A stretch of DNA of 64,000 nucleotides from Macrostomum lignano (Eukaryota), in the NCBI GenBank assembly GCA_002269645.1, contig NIVC01002688.1, positions 1 through 64,000 on the forward strand. The letters are read 5' to 3'. The notes beneath the pieces were generated by a model. That model was not told the origin of the DNA and made no database searches. It saw nothing but the letters and a program-made list of their open reading frames with translations. Of this stretch, positions 49,270 through 59,897 are shown in pieces; positions within the stretch are counted from its first letter, which is position 1, and each line of letters opens with the position of its first letter. Both the position numbers and the translations under genes were made by a program.

Positions 49270-50481
49270 TCAAGGCATCATCCGGAGGGCTCCGTCCAGC
49301 CGGATGCACTCCCCATTCAGCATGGGGTTAGTGACGATGGCTTCTACCAGGTGCGCGTACTCTGCAGGGTCGCCCAGCCGCTGTGGGAACGGCACGTTAG
49401 CCGCCAGCAGCTTGCGGGCCTTCTCTGGCAGCTTGGCCAGCAGGGGCGTGTCGAACAGGCCTGCAGAGTACGGGGTGCAGCGCCAGTCATCAACTAGCGA
49501 GGTATCCCAATCCTTGAATGAGTATCCCAAACCCCTGAATGAGTTTCCCAAATCCCTGAATGATTTTCCCAATCACCTGAATGAGCTTCCCAAATCCCAA
49601 TCCCTGAATGAGTATCCCAATCCCTGAATGACTATCCTAAATCCCTGAATGAGTTTCCCATCACCTGAATGAGTATCCCAAATCCCTGAATGAGTTTCCC
49701 AATCACCTGAATGAGTATCCCAAATGAGCATCCAGAACCCAGTCACTAACTACAATTCCAAAGCCACTGCAATCAGTTTCCTCACCCGGTGCAATGGTGA
49801 CCACCCGGATGCCGATGGGGCTGAGGTCGCGGGCCATGGGCAGCGTGAGGCCCACGATGGCGCCCTTGCTGGCTGAGTAGGCGACCTGGCCCACCTGGCC
49901 GTCGAAGGCTGCTACCGAGGCGGTGTTCACCAGCACGCCACGGCTGCCGTCTTCGTTCGGCTCATTCTTGGCCATGAGCTGCGCGGCCAGCCGGCACACA
50001 TTAAAAGTGCCACAGGCGTTCACCTCCAGCACCCTGGCGAACTCCTTCAACGGGTGCACGGCGTCCTTGTTCCAATTGTAGGTGCGCTGGGCGACGCCGA
50101 TGCCAGCGCAGTTGACGGCGACGTCCAGGCCGCCGAACTGCTTGGTGGCGGCGGCTAGTGCGGCGCCAACCTCCTTCTCGCAGGTGACGTCGGTCTTCTG
50201 GAAGACGGCGCCCTTCGGCAGGCTGTCCTCGCCGGCTAGGTCGCAAGCGATGACGCGGGCGCCGCCCTCCAGCATCCGTTTCACCGTGGCGCTGCCCAGG
50301 CCAGAGCCACCGCCCGTCACCAGCACGCGGAGACCCTGCAAAAATGATTGTCAAATTGTGCGTACAGAGCAAAGCCCAACAGACTACTAATGGTAGCAGG
50401 AAAAATATGTTAACATCTGGATTTGTCAAAGCAAATTGAAAACCATGCGCTCACCTTCACAGACTTGACAATATGAGCCAT
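49270..50481 (-). CDS. HSD17B10: 3-hydroxyacyl-CoA dehydrogenase type 2 (scully homolog), 255 aa, 3 exons
   Basis: MAHIVKSVK|[56 protein letters not shown]|[18 protein letters not shown]. Exons 50481-50455, 50335-49786, 49460-49270 total 768 nt. Confidence 0.97.
49505..49725. repeat. About 22-bp degenerate repeat (cccaaatccctgaatgagt) in HSD17B10 intron 2
   Basis: Visible periodicity. Confidence 0.85.
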
Positions 50482-52196
50482 TGACCAGCACTGGTGTTTG
50501 GTTCAGCAAAAATCTGAAATAAATATTTGAAGACAAGGAAGCTTTTGTTATAAAAAATTTGAAACTCCAGTGGAGATCAGGACTTGACTAATGTTCAAGT
50601 GACAAAAATAAGAAAAAAACTTGTGGGGACGCTCTTGTGCTTTTAATATATATAAAATCAGACCAAAAGCATGCTCCTTTCTCTCTTATACCCTATGGAG
50701 TGGCAAGCAGAGGGAATGCTAGGCTTGGGCCCCAGTCTGAAAGGAGTCATGCCACTAGGAAGACATTTGAGCCCTAATGAGCCAAGATTTTTTTTAATAG
50801 AGCTCAAGTAGTTTGTTATAGGCTATTATTAGACTATAATAATACAATAATATGCTATATAATATATACATTAGTGCATTAACTATAAGTTATTATTAAT
50901 ATTATTAATGACACTAGCCAATGCTAGCAAGCACACAGTTTTAACAGGCTGGGGAACAGTTAGTGGTGGTCAAAGGTAGATAGGCCAATGCTCAGCAAGT
51001 CCTCTATCAGTGTGGCCCACTACAGGATGGTGATATGGGCTTGGCCTCAGTGTAGGGGCTCAGTTGGGTCATGCAACATCAGGGTGGCCAGAGGGAAGGC
51101 ATCCCTTCTAAGCTTATATAGTAGAGGTCAGACCCTCCTATGCCATTACTATTTACATATCTGCATCCAACCCCAATGTGCATTGATATACAATGTAAAA
51201 TGTGTAACATTGTTATATATTTGACTATGCAAATATGAAATGCAAATATGTTGTAAATTCATAGAATATTGAATCTATGAATTCTAAATTCATAGAATTT
51301 ACAACTATCTACAAGAGAATTTGTAAGTCAGTAGCTTGTACTTCCTGCCTAGTGCGGCATAGTGCCTACAACTGCCCAGATTTAAGACAATGCCAGAGTA
51401 TGGTACACTTCTAGACCTTGAACTGACAATGTCTCATTTGAGTTGTTATAATCTTAAACCAATGGTAGCTAGAAGCATCAAAGAAATGGATAACACCTAT
51501 CCATTTCAACTTGAGTGCTAGGACAAAGATCTAATGGTGGTAGCTATGCCTGAATTCTATTACCAATTTACTACTATTTATCTAGTCTAAAAATCAGTAT
51601 GTTATAGAAGCTAGGGTCTACTTGTACCATTACCTATATGCATAAAAGCAAGACTTTAATATGTCTAATAAAATGAAAGGCTAAAAATGAGCAAGGCTAA
51701 GAAAATTAAATTATAAAGTATTATATGGCTACAAACAGCATAAAGCAAAAGCATTATTTCACCATAGCTTGCAACATGAGATAGGGCCTAGTCTAAGGAC
51801 AATCTAACCACTTTAAAAAGGCTCTAGGTCTACCATAAAAGCAGTGTTGCCACACCTGCACTTTTTGTGTTTCTTCTGCATAGAATTTTTTGTTGAATAT
51901 GTGACTGTGACCATGATTTGTTCAAAAAAATTTACTTACAAAGTTCTATTAAGAGAATTGACAATTGACTTTGCTCAATGGTTAAAAAAGCAATGTGTAT
52001 TGCAACTTTTGGCTATTTTACTGTCTCCTTTACAACCAATAACTGCTACTTTCTCTTCTGTGCAAGTGCATAGTTTAGTAATGCAACATAATAAGTGCAA
52101 AAGTTTATAATACCATGATAATTTCAGCTCTATCTTAAGCCTACAAAAATTTGTTAAACTCAATGGAATCCAGAGTGGCTAAAAAGTGCAACAAGA

Positions 52197-52499
52197 ATGG
52201 CCAAGAGATTGGAAGCTGGTGCTCTCTGGGGAAGCTGCCTTGAGAAGCAGCTTGCAATTTGTGCCAGACAAGCTTTTCCTTCACACAAAAGGCATTTTGA
52301 CTTTACACCAGCATTCAACTGCAGCAAAACATGTTTTGCTTGCCAAGCCCAAATCCCGCTTAGGAAATGCCATACCAGGCAACTATCACATAATTTTTTG
52401 CAAACTGAAACCAGCCATCTGTCAAATCATTGTAATGTGCACGCATGCATTGTGCTTAACATGCCGTTATCAAAAAAACAAAACAAAACATTTTGTTAG
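52197..52499 (+). pseudogene. Possible piggyBac-like transposase C-terminal Cys-rich remnant
   Basis: KTCFACQAQ..RK..ETSHLSNHCNVHAC resembles the piggyBac CRD (C..C..R.ET...C..CNV.LC); no catalytic core was recognised. Confidence 0.3.
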
Positions 52500-54872
52500 A
52501 ATATTTTTCAACTTCTAATAAATATAAAATTTTGTTCGCATACATAAATTTATAGACTAATACAGCATCAAAATTTGCATCATGCTTCGTTTCATCCATA
52601 GTACACCTTTTTGGCACAGTTATTCTTGGAAAGGTGATGGTTCTCACACAATATCTGGGCTACTAATAAGGAAGTGTTGACTTTAGCGTTAGCTGCCCAC
52701 TTGCTCAATTCGGCCCTAAAATTGCATTTAAAATATAGGAAAGTTTATTACTGTCTAATTTTGTGCGCCTTTATTGACATTTAGGTTCCTAGTCATTTCG
52801 TCATCTGGGGGTGTCTGGGGTGCTTACCTCGACTAGGGACACCGTCATCTTAATTAGTATAGCATGCATTACCTGAAGAGAGTCATTTCGTCATCCACCA
52901 ATAATCATTTAATTAGTTCCAAGTGAATCATTGTGGCAATTAAACATTTACTTGGAATCCTAATGATCCCAGTCATTTTGTCATCTCGATTGATATAAAA
53001 CCTGTCAATCGATCGGTTCTGCTTGCCACAGCTTAGTTAATAAAAAACAAAATATAGTTTATTACACTAACTCGAATCTCACACAGGTTATTGGTTTGAT
53101 GACGAAGTATCCAGCATAACTAAATATTTGGTCACTTCATCATATTATTTTTCAAAGCTGCTTTGCTTCTGGGTCACTTCGTCATCCAATATGACGAAAT
53201 GGAATATAATGATCTGACTAGTGACCGACATTTAAATTACTAATAGTTTGTGTATTAAAATGAGGTGTGTGTAAATTTTCATTTAAATGCAAAATGTAAT
53301 ACATGCTGAGTATCTGCCTGCCGGCCTAGGATAGGACAAGGCTAGGCCAATTTAAAATTCTGAGTTAAACTAGGCATATAAGTATAATTACTTAAATCTT
53401 AAACAAATGTTAAAGAATGCGAATGGTTCTCCGGCTTAAATATTTTGCTACAAAACATGATATAGGCATTTTGTTTGCAATCTTTTGGTTTTGAATGACA
53501 ATCACCTTAAAATTGTTTTATATAAATAAAATTTGGAAGTTCTTAAAATGATAGAACAAACTGTTTCCAGAGATTTCAACTTTCATGGAATGATGAGCAA
53601 TGATCGTCATCCAAAAGATTGCCATTATGTTCGACATTATTAATAGGCCTAGTGGTACTAGTAATAGTGTGACATTTTACTACACTGTTTATAGCTATCT
53701 AGTTAGATCTAGGTAGGCCAGTAACTGGTAATTTTGCCCATAAACTGTTTTGGCCATGGACATTTCACCCCTAGACCATTTTGCCCACAAACCATTTTGG
53801 CCATGGACCATTTTTGCCATGGACTGTTTCGCCTCCAATTTGGACCAGGGTTGAAATGAACAGTCCTATACATAAAGAACATACCCATAACAGTCTAGGC
53901 AAAATGGTACTAGTGACAGAACTGAAAGTTTGAATCAATAATAAGTGCTAGGCTGAAGCATTCAAGGCTAGGCCCTATTAGTAGCATTCTTAAGAAAGAG
54001 ATAACAGGAGCCTAATTTCTTCTTACAATACAAAGGCAACTGAAATACCTAATCCTCAAATTTTAGAGTGCATTGGTCAAAGAGCAAAGCAAGTTGTGTA
54101 ACCTGAGGAACTAGCAAGAATAGATTTTGCAATCAACTACTCTACAGTACCTGAATCAGCTAAATATAAGCAACATAAATGAGGATGGCCACAGGCACAT
54201 TTTGATGTATTCTAATGATGGGATCTGGCACTTAGCTGCAGCAAAATACTGGTTTGTAGATGGTATGTTCTAGGTAATAAGAGAGCCATTTTACTAGCTA
54301 TTTATGTTTCATGCTTTCCTAAAGTACCAGGACAATATAAAGCAACTGCCACTTCTTTTTGTCCTTATGAGCTGCTGCCAAAAAAGTGACTACAAAGCTG
54401 TGTTTCACATATTATTGCAACTTCTGCCTGCCAAATCTTTAGTAAAGACAGTTATTTTAGATTTTGAGAAATCAGTGTGGAGCGCCTTCAAGTCCATTAT
54501 GCCAAGTGTCTACCTATGAGGCTACTCATTTCATTTCTGGCAAGCACTGATGGCTCATTCCATATAAGCATGGTCGTAACATGACAGGTTATTTTTACTT
54601 ATAAAATGAAATCTAATAATAGAATATACTGAACCAATATTTTAAATGAAAGATTATTTTGTCTAGAATATATTTATAGAGTTTCATATAGATATCATCA
54701 TTAGTATAGATGCTATTAAACCTTAAATGACACTTATGGTCGTAACGACAGGATTTTTGACATATAGAAACTAAAAGGTAAAAGTCTTATAACATTTTTC
54801 ATTTTTGATATTTTGCAATACATTTTTAAAATTTGACTAAGAACATCTTTAGAAATCATACTCTTTTATTAG

Positions 54873-55619
54873 TGTACTAGTGCTATGCCTTTATCATAGT
54901 ATACTCGAATGTTCTTTCAATGTAATAACTGTATATTCGAATCTTTCTTAGAAACTGAATCTACGCGAACGCCAAATAATAGTTTGTTTTAATGCGCGGC
55001 GAAATAAATTGGAGAATTATTTTTTTGTTTTAATCGTATGTGGGGAAAATCACTATATATAGGAGCGGTTTCGCGACAAATATACTCTAACTGTCTTTTA
55101 CTCGTGAGCAAATAATTGCGAACAGAATAAGCAGTTCAATCTAAACCATTTCAAAGTCTTTGAGCTAAATAGCGACTTATTTATTTGCAAAACCTGTGAA
55201 ACGATTCTAAGAAATTTACTAAGAGAAGGGAATTGGGACTAATTCTTGGAAATATACTAAGAGAGGCGCCGTGACCCTCTAGTCTCGGTGAACGCCCGAT
55301 TAGGACTATACACTAATACATATACCAGTACTAGACCGCTCAGGCCATAAGCTACTAGAACGCTACCAGAAAGCAAGCCATAAGCTACCAGAAACGCTAC
55401 TAAGAACGCTACCCAGAAATATTTAAATGAAATTCTAAGAAATAGTTAGGGAGTAAAAGCAAGTATAATCAGGATAACTGTAGTTGGCAAATCGGTGGGA
55501 TTAAAATTGATAAAGTAAGAGGTGAAAGGCCTGTAACAACTTTGGTGGCAGCTCGTAGGATATTTAATAAACACTAATAGTTAGAAGTTTAGAAAGACAG
55601 AGCCAAAAGGCCTGTCACA
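54873..55619 (+). repeat. 5' LTR (747 bp)
   Basis: tgtactagtg...cctgtcaca; direct repeat of 59151-59897. Confidence 0.95.
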
Positions 55620-55720
55620 GCTGGTGGCAGCGATAAGGATTAGAGAAACGGCGCGAACTCTTAAAGCTAGATTCAGAAGAATTCCGAAGAATAATTTGAA
55701 AAGTTTTTCGTAGAGAAAAG

Positions 55721-56299
55721 ATGAATCAGAATCAGGCTAATGATGCCATCGCCATGCTGGCAGAGGAACTGAGGAAACATCTCAAGTTAGGATCGAAGGA
55801 GGCTGAAGTGCAAGTAGAAAAGTTCACACCTGGTCAGAACATTAGGCAGTGGATGAACACGTTTGAGCAGCAGTGCAGAATCCAAGGGATTACAGGCGAG
55901 AAACAGAAGGAAGCTCTCTTTGCTAATCTAAACATCCCAGAGGGACTGAAACGCCGAATCAGTCACAGAAAAGAGCAGAGTCAGTATCAGGAAATTAGGC
56001 GACGAATAATCGAAGAATTTGAGCCGAAGCAGCAGAACCGAAAAGAGGGAATTGATGCATTAGTAGAGTGTCTAATGACCTTGACCTTCGTGCTAACAAA
56101 CATTAGCCTAGAACCAAAGACAGGGCAGCAGCAGCAGTCAGTGCCAAGACCGCGCCGCCTGAACAGATTCAGTGGAATCAGGCCAGAGCCGACACCTGGT
56201 CACTGCTTCTTCTGCAACCAGCCAGGACCCATTAGGCCTCAAGCAGGACACCAGTGCCGAATCAACTTCAATCGGTACGCCCAGCAGAAGCCGCCATAA
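55721..56299 (+). CDS. Short gag-like protein (capsid-like N part, degenerate zinc knuckle)
   Basis: Starts about 90 nt after the PBS; EKFTPGQNIRQWMNTFEQQC resembles the gypsy gag F.G...W...FE motif; CFFCNQPG..HQC knuckle remnant. Confidence 0.65.
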   Translation: MNQNQANDAIAMLAEELRKHLKLGSKEAEVQVEKFTPGQNIRQWMNTFEQQCRIQGITGEKQKEALFANLNIPEGLKRRISHRKEQSQYQEIRRRIIEEFEPKQQNRKEGIDALVECLMTLTFVLTNISLEPKTGQQQQSVPRPRRLNRFSGIRPEPTPGHCFFCNQPGPIRPQAGHQCRINFNRYAQQKPP

Positions 56300-56559
56300 T
56301 CAGAAAGTGAGCGAACTCAAGCGAATCAGCAAATTAAAAGTGTCTGTAAAGCAAATCTGTAAATATGTTTCAAATATATATGCATAAATATAAAAACGAA
56401 TAAAAAATTCAGAAAAACCCAAAAACATTTGATTAAGAGGTATTTTGTTGGCATGTTGCAAGGCAACTGATTAAATAAGCTGTCTAAAAGAAATAAAATA
56501 ATTAAATTTTAGGAAGGTGACCCTTAAAAGGGCCGTTTGACCTTAAAAGGGCCGTTTTA

Positions 56560-57588
56560 CTAAGAAACTTATTTAGGAAAGCCAGGGAACTGCAATTTCG
56601 GACTGAAAACATTGAAGGAAGATTATTTTACTCAGAGAAGTTGACGAGAAGTTGATGCTGAGAGAACTGTGCAGAATTGTGCGAAGAGAATTGTCGAAAA
56701 GATTGGATTGCAGAGATTGGCATGACGCGCGGACAGCTACGCATACTGACCAATTGCGGATTGGCCAAAGGCAGAAAGAAGAGGCCGATGACGCTTTCAG
56801 AAGAGCCAAAAAAGGTTCAGAGAGTCAGGCCATGCAGGAAAGGAAGGGCAGTAAGGCCTAAAGAGCAGATTAATACAGAATTTCTATGATTCTACTGACG
56901 AGGCCAAACTGAGATAGCGGAAGGGGATTCGAGATTTGGGAATTTGTTAAGAGTTGTAGGACCCGTGACAGTAGAGCTGTAGCTGGCATGAGTTCAGCAG
57001 AGAAGCTTTCGAGAGGTCAGGGTCGAGTCGAGATATTGAGTCGAGAAGTTGTTGAGTTGAGATGAGATGGAATGAAGATGAGATTTCGAGGAGAAGCTGT
57101 GAGAATTTGCAAAGTTGTTCGAAGAGAAACATAGAAATAATCTGACTCCAGTACCGAAATCCGAAATTAATTTACCAGAGGAAATTAATAATAATTTAAA
57201 ACCAGCACCAGTGTCAACTAAGAAGAAAGAACCGCCGAAGCCGAAGAAAAGAATTTGCCATAGACAAAAAGAAGTTAGAATTCCAGAAGTTCAAATTTTA
57301 GAGGAGGAAAGCTCAGACGAAGAAAACAGAATTCAATGGAGAGTATTCGCAGATCCGAATTCGCAGAGTGAAAACGAAGGAAATGAAGAATTGAACAGTG
57401 AGAATACAGAGAGAGCGACTGACTCAGATGAGCCATCAGAAGAAGAAGAAGGAGCATTAGAGTTAGAGGAGGAACGAGTTCAGCCAGAGAATAGGTATAA
57501 CTTTAGGATGACTCAGCGAAGGAGAGAAAGAGAAGGCGCGACAGGATTTGTGCCCCGAAGGCGCTACGCGAAATATTTAGCACCTTAA
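56560..57588 (+). pseudogene. Remnant of the pol C terminus (post-integrase tail)
   Basis: Broken frames with GQRQKEEAD, VVGPVTVEL-like and ENRYNFR..RRR motifs, typical of gypsy integrase tails; 157-aa acidic/basic ORF at 57115-57588. Confidence 0.4.
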
Positions 57589-57840
57589 ATCATGACGTAA
57601 GCAATTTCCCATAAGAAACAGTGTTAAATAGTTAAAATTCCGTATTAGAATTACTTATCTGCTTATAAAATTTAACATATTGTACATAGAGCGAATCTGT
57701 AAATACCATATTAATCTACAAAATGCGATCTTTAATTTGATACTTTACTCAAGAAAATCTATCAAAAAATAAAAAAGTTATAAAAAGAAATAGAAAATCC
57801 ATAAAAATTTAGTTGTCAAATCTGTCAAATCTGGCATGCC

Positions 57841-57905
57841 CCGCCCCACGCGCGAGGGGAGTGCTTCGAAGAGGTCCAGTTTTTCGGCCCGCCAGCCTAT
57901 AAATA
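57841..57905 (+). promoter_or_regulatory. Candidate internal promoter (GC box + TATA) for the cargo ORF
   Basis: ccgccccacgcgcg at 57841; TATAAATA at 57898-57905, about 85 nt upstream of the ATG at 57989. Confidence 0.5.
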
Positions 57906-57988
57906 CGAGCACCCCGCAGACCCCACAAATCCCATAGCTCACTGCTAGCTTCCTTTCTATTCTAAGAGCCATTCGCAGAGAAATCAAA

Positions 57989-58864
57989 ATGAACAACTCT
58001 ATTGATATCTTGGACGAGTTAATTGGCAATCTGTCAGACGATATGGAGCCCCAGCCAGCGCCCAACACCGATGAAAATGAGGCACCGCTTCGATGTGCAA
58101 CACGTCCAAAGGCGCCTGGTGTATCCAGCAAACGGCCAAGAACATCATCGCCAGCTTCATCGCCTTGCCGCCAAATGAGGGTCGAAGGCCCCGAGCAGAA
58201 GCGCGCCGCCCTGGTGGCAGCACAGGCAGCTGCGCCCGTGCGCTCCTATGTTGTCAAGGCCACGCCAGGATCGTCGACATCAAGCCGAACGCAGCAGTTG
58301 GTGTCACCGCCAGCTGCCCCATCATCGAGAAAGACCCCGGCACCACGGCAGAAGAAATCGACAGCTGCGACACCGCCAGCTCAGCAGCCAGCGTCGCAGC
58401 CGAGCCTGCAATCAGCGCAGCAGTCAGCGCTGCAGCCGAGCCTGCAATCAGCGCAGCAGTCTAGCCAGCCATCAGCACTACAGCCGAGCCAGCAGCAATC
58501 GAATTCGCAGAGAGATTTTCATCGCATCGTCCGAGAACTTGTGGAGACTCGCGGAGCAGAGGTGGAAAAGCTACGCTTCCACATTGAGCAATACGCACTG
58601 AAAGTAGCGTACCACCGATCCGACAGCCGACAGCGCTACCCCCAATGCTCGCAAATTTGGACACACCTGAAGTTTCTGAGGGATCAATTCAGTTACCAGG
58701 AAGCTGTCGCTGTTCTCCAGGACGTCGCCTATCGCCTCCAGCGAGCTATAAGAGCCAACCCGCCGCCAGCGCTGACGGTCCTCGACGAAGAGTACCGATG
58801 GTTTTTCGCTCAAGTCGGCTGGCCCTATTATCGCGACCTCCCGGAGCCCTGCATGTTTATCTGA
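57989..58864 (+). CDS. Orphan 291-aa ORF in the env position of the LTR element
   Basis: Intact ATG-to-TGA frame; acidic N terminus, S/P/Q/A-rich linker, about 115-aa aromatic-rich C-terminal domain; no signal peptide or TM segment visible. Confidence 0.7.
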   Translation: MNNSIDILDELIGNLSDDMEPQPAPNTDENEAPLRCATRPKAPGVSSKRPRTSSPASSPCRQMRVEGPEQKRAALVAAQAAAPVRSYVVKATPGSSTSSRTQQLVSPPAAPSSRKTPAPRQKKSTAATPPAQQPASQPSLQSAQQSALQPSLQSAQQSSQPSALQPSQQQSNSQRDFHRIVRELVETRGAEVEKLRFHIEQYALKVAYHRSDSRQRYPQCSQIWTHLKFLRDQFSYQEAVAVLQDVAYRLQRAIRANPPPALTVLDEEYRWFFAQVGWPYYRDLPEPCMFI

Positions 58865-59150
58865 ACTATTGAGGTGAACTAACTTTTGCGTTGCCTTTAA
58901 TAACAATTTTGCCTTTTATAATACTTTTATAATAGTTCGTTTTGCTTCCATAATAGTTCTCACTTTAATGGTTTACCTACATAATAGTTCTATCACAACC
59001 ATTTTATGCACCAATTGTTTTAGCACTGAATTGTGTTTTCTGCACCTTGCTTTGCACCTTTTCACCTGCATTTTCCTACGATATCAATTTTTCACTGTAT
59101 ACATATAATATAATATTTCGTTCAAAATTTGATATATAGAGGAGGAAAGT

Positions 59151-59897
59151 TGTACTAGTGCTATGCCTTTATCATAGTATACTCGAATGTTCTTTCAATG
59201 TAATAACTGTATATTCGAATCTTTCTTAGAAACTGAATCTACGCGAACGCCAAATAATAGTTTGTTTTAATGCGCGGCGAAATAAATTGGAGAATTATTT
59301 TTTTGTTTTAATCGTATGTGGGGAAAATCACTATATATAGGAGCGGTTTCGCGACAAATATACTCTAACTGTCTTTTACTCGTGAGCAAATAATTGCGAA
59401 CAGAATAAGCAGTTCAATCTAAACCATTTCAAAGTCTTTGAGCTAAATAGCGACTTATTTATTTGCAAAACCTGTGAAACGATTCTAAGAAATTTACTAA
59501 GAGAAGGGAATTGGGACTAATTCTTGGAAATATACTAAGAGAGGCGCCGTGACCCTCTAGTCTCGGTGAACGCCCGATTAGGACTATACACTAATACATA
59601 TACCAGTACTAGACCGCTCAGGCCATAAGCTACTAGAACGCTACCAGAAAGCAAGCCATAAGCTACCAGAAACGCTACTAAGAACGCTACCCAGAAATAT
59701 TTAAATGAAATTCTAAGAAATAGTTAGGGAGTAAAAGCAAGTATAATCAGGATAACTGTAGTTGGCAAATCGGTGGGATTAAAATTGATAAAGTAAGAGG
59801 TGAAAGGCCTGTAACAACTTTGGTGGCAGCTCGTAGGATATTTAATAAACACTAATAGTTAGAAGTTTAGAAAGACAGAGCCAAAAGGCCTGTCACA
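59151..59897 (+). repeat. 3' LTR (747 bp)
   Basis: Same sequence as the 5' LTR by visual comparison. Confidence 0.95.

Larger units (their letters stand above)
54873..59897 (+). mobile_element. Recent non-autonomous LTR retrotransposon (Ty3/gypsy-like), 5025 bp
   Basis: Two 747-bp TG...CA LTRs with no difference found by eye; 4-bp TSD ttag (54869-54872, 59898-59901); PBS tggtggcagcg (55622-55632, complementary to a tRNA-Leu-type 3' end); PPT agaggaggaaagt before the 3' LTR; gag-like ORF; no protease, RT or RNase H recognised. Confidence 0.93.

Noticed and set aside
57989-58864. Retroviral env gene
   Set aside because: No signal peptide, furin site or transmembrane helix is visible.
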